Shown here one piece after another: positions 58,890 through 64,000 of a DNA stretch of 64,000 nt (positions are counted from its first letter, which is position 1; each line of letters opens with the position of its first letter). Position numbers and translations under genes: made by a program. The notes below the pieces were generated by a model. That model was not told the DNA's origin. It saw only the letters and a list, made by a program, of their open reading frames with translations, and searched no databases. Origin of the DNA: Acidimicrobiales bacterium. GTDB taxonomy: Bacteria; Actinomycetota; Acidimicrobiia; Acidimicrobiales; Bog-793. The stretch covers positions 60 to 64,059 of the forward strand of contig JBEKLQ010000010.1 of the NCBI GenBank assembly GCA_050010115.1, given 5' to 3'.

Positions 58890-60815
58890 TTGTTGTCCCC
58901 AAGCGTGATGAGAGGGATGAACGCCGGCGGTGGAGGCGGCCCCGCGAGCTGGGGCCTGATGCGCTCGTTCCGTCGCGACGAGAGCGTGAAGAACAGCCGG
59001 CTGCCCAAGGGCATCGTGAAGCGCATCGCCGGCTTCGCCAAGCCCTACCGTCTCCAGCTCGGCGTCTTCTTGGTGCTGATCGTCATGAGCGCTCTGGTCG
59101 GAGCTGCCAACCCACTCATCCTCCGGGCGATCATCGACAACGGAATTCGTGAGCATCACCCCGGCGAAGTGATCGTGCTTGCTCTCATTGTCGCCGGGCT
59201 CGCCGTCGTGAGTGCCGGCTTGACGCTGTGGCAGCGGTGGATTTCCGCACGCATCGGCGAGGGCCTCATCTACGACATGCGCACGAAGGTCTTCACTCAC
59301 GTCGGTCGCATGCCCGTCGCCTTCTTCACCCGAACTCAGACCGGCGCCCTCGTCTCCCGCCTCAACAACGACGTGCTCGGTGCACAGCAAGCTTTCACCG
59401 ACACGTTCTCGTCCGTTGTCGGCAACCTCATCACGGTCGTCGTGACGCTGGCGGCCATGTTCGTCTTGTCCTGGCAGATCACGTTGCTGGCTCTGGCGAT
59501 GCTGCCGGTGTTCGTCTTCCCGTCCCGCTGGGTGGGCCGGCGCCTTCAGGCACTTACTCGGGAGAGCTACTCGTTGAACGCCGAGATGAACACGACGATG
59601 TCGGAGCGGTTCAACGTCTCCGGCGCCCTCCTCGTCAAGCTCTTCGGTGACCCGAGCTCCGAGACGAACGTCTTTGACCGCCGCGCAGGCCGGGTGCGTG
59701 ACATCGGCGTCACCCAGGCGATGTACGGCGGCATCTTCATGACATCGCTGCTGCTCACGGCGTCACTGGCGACGGCTCTCGTCTACGGTTGGGGCGGCGT
59801 AGAGGCTGCCAAGGGCCTGCTGCTCGTCGGTACTGTCGTCGCCCTGACCCTCTACCTCAACCGGCTCTACGGTCCATTGACGGCGCTCTCGAACGTCCAG
59901 GTGGACGTCATGACCGCCCTCGTGTCCTTCGACCGTGTCTTCGAGGTGCTCGATCTCCCGCCGATGATCGACGAGCGCCCAGATGCCGTCCCCGTGCCCC
60001 GCGGCCCGGCCACGATCGAGTTCGACCACGCCGACTTCAGCTATCCGACGGCCGAGGAGGTCTCGCTCGCCTCCCTCGAGAGCGTGGCGGTTCTCGACCA
60101 GGCTCCTTCCCAACAGGTCCTCTACGACGTCTCCTTCCGCGTCGAACCTGGTCAGATGGTGGCTCTCGTCGGTCCGTCAGGAGCAGGCAAGACGACGATC
60201 AGCCACCTGGTACCCCGGTTGTACGACGTCACTGCCGGGGCCGTCAAGGTCCACGGCATCGATGTCCGCGACGCCACAATGAAGTCCCTTCGAGCGGCCA
60301 TCGGTGTCGTGACGCAGGACGCACACCTGTTCCATGAGACGATCCGCTCGAACCTGCTCTATGCCAAGGCAGACGCCACCGAGGAGGAGCTGCGGCAAGT
60401 GCTCGCCTCCGCCCAGATCCTGCCGTTGATCGACTCTCTGCCGGACGGTCTGGACACGGTCGTGGGTGACCGCGGTTACCGGTTCTCCGGGGGCGAGAAG
60501 CAGCGGATCGCTATCGCTCGCCTCCTCCTCAAGGCGCCCGACGTGGTCGTGCTGGACGAGGCGACGGCGCATCTCGATTCCGAGTCGGAACTCGCCGTCC
60601 AGCAAGCCCTGGCGACTGCGCTCTCAGGGAGGACCTCGATCGTGATCGCACACCGACTGTCGACCGTGCGGGACGCCGACCTGATCGTCCTGGTGGACGA
60701 AGGACGGATCGTCGAGCGCGGCACGCACGAGGAACTGCTCGAGCGAGGGGGCCTGTACGCCGAGCTGTACCACACGCAGTTCGAGGACCAGGAGCAACGC
60801 GCCGCCGCTGGGTAG
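58890..60815 (+). CDS. ABC exporter, fused permease/ATPase (MsbA-like type I exporter)
   Basis: 6-TM domain then GPSGAGKTT (Walker A), FSGGEKQRIAIARLL (signature), VVLDEATAHLD (Walker B). The start may be a few codons downstream (MNAGGGG at 58917). Confidence 0.85.
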   Translation: MLSPSVMRGMNAGGGGGPASWGLMRSFRRDESVKNSRLPKGIVKRIAGFAKPYRLQLGVFLVLIVMSALVGAANPLILRAIIDNGIREHHPGEVIVLALIVAGLAVVSAGLTLWQRWISARIGEGLIYDMRTKVFTHVGRMPVAFFTRTQTGALVSRLNNDVLGAQQAFTDTFSSVVGNLITVVVTLAAMFVLSWQITLLALAMLPVFVFPSRWVGRRLQALTRESYSLNAEMNTTMSERFNVSGALLVKLFGDPSSETNVFDRRAGRVRDIGVTQAMYGGIFMTSLLLTASLATALVYGWGGVEAAKGLLLVGTVVALTLYLNRLYGPLTALSNVQVDVMTALVSFDRVFEVLDLPPMIDERPDAVPVPRGPATIEFDHADFSYPTAEEVSLASLESVAVLDQAPSQQVLYDVSFRVEPGQMVALVGPSGAGKTTISHLVPRLYDVTAGAVKVHGIDVRDATMKSLRAAIGVVTQDAHLFHETIRSNLLYAKADATEEELRQVLASAQILPLIDSLPDGLDTVVGDRGYRFSGGEKQRIAIARLLLKAPDVVVLDEATAHLDSESELAVQQALATALSGRTSIVIAHRLSTVRDADLIVLVDEGRIVERGTHEELLERGGLYAELYHTQFEDQEQRAAAG

Positions 60816-61034
60816 TATCCGGCGCTCACGAGACGCCGAGCGTTACTCGGCTCGCGCCTCCTCCTCTGGCCAGACCTCGGCCTCGGGGGGCGGTCATCGA
60901 CGAATGTCTCCGGCGGGAGAACTCCGGCAGCCCGACGAGCCGGGTGCTCTCGCCACAGTCACAGCAATTTGCAACGAAGCGTGGCACGATATCCGACGGG
61001 ACAACCGACCGCCGACTTTTGGGGAGGCCACAGC

Positions 61035-62720
61035 ATGGCAACACCAAGTGCTGAAGTGCCCGCCGAGATCCTTCCTGCAGATGTTGGTCTCAGGCGGGAG
61101 ATGGGGTTGATTGGCGCAACTTGGGCATCCGAGACGTCGATCATCGGTTCCGGTTGGTTGTTCGGAGCGCTCTACGCCGCGCAGCTAGCGGGGCCCGCCG
61201 CTGTCGTGGGCTGGGTCATCGGTGGGGTAGCGGTAATCATCCTGGCGCTAGTCCATGCCGAGCTCGGGGGGATGTATCCGGTCAGTGGCGGCACTGCTCG
61301 ATTCCCGCACTTCGCCTTTGGCAGCGTCGCCGGAACGTCCTTCGGATTCTTCTCTTGGCTACAGGCTGTCACGGTGGCGCCGATCGAGTGCTTCGCCGTG
61401 TTCCAATACGCCTCCTACTACTGGCACGGCGTCTACAACCCGACCACTGGCAACGTCACCGGTCTCGGTTTCGCAATGACGGTCGTGCTCATGGCGATCT
61501 TCACAGCGGTGAACTTCTTGGGGATGCGGTTGTTCTCCCGTGTGAACAACGTGATCACGTACTGGAAGGTCGCGATCCCGATACTGGCAATTATCGTTCT
61601 GCTGTTCAAGTTCCACGGTGGCAACTTCAGCTTCACACCCCACGGCGCAGCGGGCGGGTTCATGCCGTACGGGATCAAGGCTGTGTTCAGCGCGATTCCG
61701 TCTGCCGGCATCGTCTTCGCCTACCTTGGATTCGAGCAGGCTGATCAGTTGGCCGGTGAAGTGAAAGACCCGCAGCGCAACCTGCCGCGGGCAATCATCT
61801 TCTCCATCCTGCTCGGAACCGTGATCTACATCCTGCTGCAGGTCGTGTTCATCGGAGCGGTGCCAAGCACCGTGCTCTCGCACGGGTGGGCCGCCATCAG
61901 CAACAAGCCCATCCTGGCGGGTCCGTTCGCTGGTCTCGCAGGAGTAGTCGGGCTTGGCTGGCTGGCGACCATCCTGCGGATCGACGCTGTCATCTCGCCG
62001 TACGGAACCGGCCAGATGTACGAGACTTCGACTTCCAGAGTCGGCTACGGCCTTGCACGGAACCGGTACTACCCGCAGATCTTCACGAAGGTCAGCAGCC
62101 AGGGCGTGCCGTGGGTGAGCTTGATCTTCGCTTTCCTCGTTGGGTTGGTCTTCCTGCTGCCATTCCCCAGCTGGCACGCGTTGGTGGGGCTCGTTACATC
62201 CGCCTCCGTGCTGATGTACGCCGGCGCGCCGCTGTCCATGGGTGCATTCCGCAAGCAGGTGCCAGACCACCACCGGCCGTACCGCATGCCGGGCGCCGAG
62301 GTGCTCGGACCGATCGCTTTCGTCGTCGCCAACATGATCATCTACTGGTCTGGCTTGACGGTCATCTGGAAGCTCGGCGTCGCGATCGTGATCGGATACG
62401 TGCTGATTGGGATCTCTATGGCCCTCGACCAGGAGCGGCCTCCCCTCCACTGGAAGGCCGCATCGTGGCTCCCGGTGTATCTGATCGGTATGGGCATCAT
62501 CTCCTGGCAGGGCCAGTACAGCGGGGAGACCTCGACGGCCGCTCCTCTCAACACTGGGCACATCCACTTCTGGTGGGACATGGTCGTCGTGGCCGCGTTC
62601 AGTCTCGTCATCTACTACTGGGCCCAAGCGTCCCGGCTGCCGAGGGAGGAGATGCTGGAACTCGTCAACCGGCAGTCGGCAGAAACCAGGGACGAGCAAG
62701 ATCTGGGCATCGTCCCCTAA
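61035..62720 (+). CDS. APC-superfamily amino acid permease
   Basis: Trimmed to the ATG 61035 start with a GGGGAGG SD. 12+ TM helices. N-terminal ...IGATWASETSIIGSGWLFG... is typical of APC carriers. Confidence 0.8.
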   Translation: MATPSAEVPAEILPADVGLRREMGLIGATWASETSIIGSGWLFGALYAAQLAGPAAVVGWVIGGVAVIILALVHAELGGMYPVSGGTARFPHFAFGSVAGTSFGFFSWLQAVTVAPIECFAVFQYASYYWHGVYNPTTGNVTGLGFAMTVVLMAIFTAVNFLGMRLFSRVNNVITYWKVAIPILAIIVLLFKFHGGNFSFTPHGAAGGFMPYGIKAVFSAIPSAGIVFAYLGFEQADQLAGEVKDPQRNLPRAIIFSILLGTVIYILLQVVFIGAVPSTVLSHGWAAISNKPILAGPFAGLAGVVGLGWLATILRIDAVISPYGTGQMYETSTSRVGYGLARNRYYPQIFTKVSSQGVPWVSLIFAFLVGLVFLLPFPSWHALVGLVTSASVLMYAGAPLSMGAFRKQVPDHHRPYRMPGAEVLGPIAFVVANMIIYWSGLTVIWKLGVAIVIGYVLIGISMALDQERPPLHWKAASWLPVYLIGMGIISWQGQYSGETSTAAPLNTGHIHFWWDMVVVAAFSLVIYYWAQASRLPREEMLELVNRQSAETRDEQDLGIVP

Positions 62721-62894
62721 TCCTGGCGATTCAGCGGAGTTGCCACGGCGCCAGGACGTGGCACTGTCCGGTCCGGGGCGTCGGACTGATTCGCCCAGGG
62801 CCGTGGTAGGGGTCTGCTCCATACGGTCGGCCCGATCCGCAGCACGCGAACCTGGGCCGACCGTCTCGGATGTCGACTATTCTGAGCCGTCTAC

Positions 62895-62965
62895 GCGGGC
62901 GTAGTTCAGCGGCAGAACATCAGCTTCCCAAGCTGAGAACGCGAGTTCGATTCTCGTCGCCCGCT
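62895..62965 (+). tRNA. tRNA-Gly (anticodon CCC)
   Basis: GCGGGCG-TA-GTTC-AGCGGCA-GAAC-A-TCAGC-TTCCCAA-GCTGA-GAAC-GCGAG-TTCGATT-CTCGT-CGCCCGC-T. 71 nt. CCA not encoded. Confidence 0.85.
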
Positions 62966-63239
62966 CTCGCTATAAGTCCTGTTCACAGCCCATTTCAAGG
63001 ACTCCGACACAGTGCCTGGTTGAGAGTGATCGCGCGTTCATCGCGCGCGCTGCATTGCGCGTCGCGCGATGTGTGCACGACTTTGGCGGCTTTGCGAGAT
63101 CGGACTCCGCCGCGGTAATCGCCTGGTCCGGTCGAGACATCTGCCGAGCGCTCGAAGGAATTCGGACCACTGAGGCTATCGATCCGGAGATGCCGATAGA
63201 GGGCGTCGATGCGCGAGCGCGTTGAACTGCGCCGGCCTC

Positions 63240-64000
63240 CTACCCTGAGCCGCGCCCCCAGCGCAGGAAATACGCGAAAAACGGATCTGCAATGTAGAGC
63301 GTTGAGAGTTCTGTGTCGTAGTCGAGAACAGGCTCCCCCTCGATGTTGTCCCGGGAGATCCGTGCCATTTCTTCGAGTACGCGCGTGACTTCGTGCCGTT
63401 GCGGAGGCTCTTCGATCACGCTACGGATCGCTGCTCGGAGTTGTTCGTACGTGAGTTCTGTCAGTGGTCCCGTTTCGGCGATAGCCGCGAGCACGACGCC
63501 GTAGATGTCAGTCGTCTGTCCAGTTGCCAGTTCCCGAGATTTACGGTCGGCGCGTTGTCTCGGGCCCCGAGCCAGGAGGTCAAAGGCAGCCTTCGACGCC
63601 GCCGAACCGCGGGCTCGAAAGAATGGATCCCACTCGGGGGCTCGCAATTCGACCGCGGCCGGAGCTGTCTCCCGGATGCCGTTGTCCTTTCCCAGCTGCA
63701 GACAGAAGTCTTGCATTAGATGAGGCGACGAGAAGCTCTCCCTCGCAAGGCGCCGAGCTAGCGCGCCTCCGGGATCAACTGCGTTCAAGACCTCGAACCC
63801 GCGGGCGGCGATTCTTTCGAGTTCATTGTCTGCCCAGAAGTTGATGCTCAGCTGCTCGACGCGCCCAGTCATTTCTTTCTCGACACGCACTGCGTCGTAG
63901 GCGCGGTGAGGAACCGATGCGAAAACAACAGGCAGCCCGTTAAAGACCAGATCCTTTAGCCCTCGGACGACCTGAAGCTGAAGCTCCGGCGAGATGTAGT
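63240..64000 (-). CDS. ATPase-like protein with C-terminal wHTH-like tail; N-terminus beyond the right window edge (partial), lower-GC gene
   Basis: The listed 216-aa ORF extends upstream without a stop to the window end (own translation: YISPELQLQVVRGLKDLVFNGLPVVFASVPHRAYDAVRVEKEMTG...). It ends ...EPVLDYDTELSTLYIADPFFAYFLRWGRGSG. Codon third positions are noticeably less GC-biased than elsewhere. Confidence 0.5.
   Translation of the reverse strand, partial: YISPELQLQVVRGLKDLVFNGLPVVFASVPHRAYDAVRVEKEMTGRVEQLSINFWADNELERIAARGFEVLNAVDPGGALARRLARESFSSPHLMQDFCLQLGKDNGIRETAPAAVELRAPEWDPFFRARGSAASKAAFDLLARGPRQRADRKSRELATGQTTDIYGVVLAAIAETGPLTELTYEQLRAAIRSVIEEPPQRHEVTRVLEEMARISRDNIEGEPVLDYDTELSTLYIADPFFAYFLRWGRGSG

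Noticed and set aside
60816-61034. 219-nt region between the ABC exporter and the amino acid permease, examined for a riboswitch (glycine, lysine, T-box) or attenuator.
   Set aside because: I could recognise only a small terminator-like hairpin (gccgag-cgtta-ctcggc) and a GGAGG SD. No conserved riboswitch core sequences were seen. An Rfam/Infernal scan would be needed to be sure.
62966-63239. Region between tRNA-Gly and the ATPase-like gene, searched for an integrase remnant or att repeat. The ORFs at 62870-63118 (plus) and 62970-63170 (minus) were considered.
   Set aside because: The first overlaps the tRNA. Neither shows integrase or recombinase motifs or convincing codon bias. Only an 8-bp inverted repeat (atcgcgcg...cgcgcgat) was seen. 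No claim made.

Overview
High-GC actinobacterial chromosome segment (about 68-70 percent GC by eye, not computed). It is gene-dense and mostly core housekeeping. Blocks: (i) 0-16.7 kb: Tat-secreted amine oxidase, secreted alpha/beta hydrolase, a cytoplasmic PAS histidine kinase with two response regulators, a divergent RHH + DUF4097 pair, assorted metabolism and ccdA/tlpA. (ii) 14.4-19.3 kb: two G1 (eqolisin-type) glutamic peptidase paralogues, an orphan ORC/Cdc6-like ATPase and tRNA-Leu. (iii) 19.3-27.3 kb: the conserved actinobacterial cell-wall signalling cluster fhaA-fhaB-pstP-pbpA-pknB-trpG-crgA, syntenic with M. tuberculosis Rv0020c-Rv0011c but lacking rodA and pknA. (iv) 27.4-36.8 kb: thiolase, thioesterase, purL, purQ, purS, purC, purB and purA, with a small opposite-strand gene wedged between purQ and purL. 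(v) zwf-opcA. (vi) dnaK-grpE-dnaJ-hspR-clpB. (vii) nudix, gpmA, cyclophilin, amt-glnK, a cNMP-binding protein, a membrane Fe-S reductase, dcd, merR-ahcY, lon, an ABC exporter and an APC permease. (viii) tRNA-Gly followed by a visibly lower-GC stretch with an ATPase-like gene cut by the window end. No rRNA, CRISPR, IS element or integrase was recognised. I did not find a complete, convincing novel multi-gene system. The best leads are the composition break after tRNA-Gly (probable island edge), the orphan ATPase with an AT-rich leaderless promoter, the antisense-nested gene inside the purSQL operon, the RHH/DUF4097 module with a tandem palindromic operator, and the rodA-less fhaA-pknB cluster. 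Many near-perfect tandem duplications occur in disordered linkers and intergenic DNA. All functional calls rest on motifs read by eye from the translations; no database search was run.
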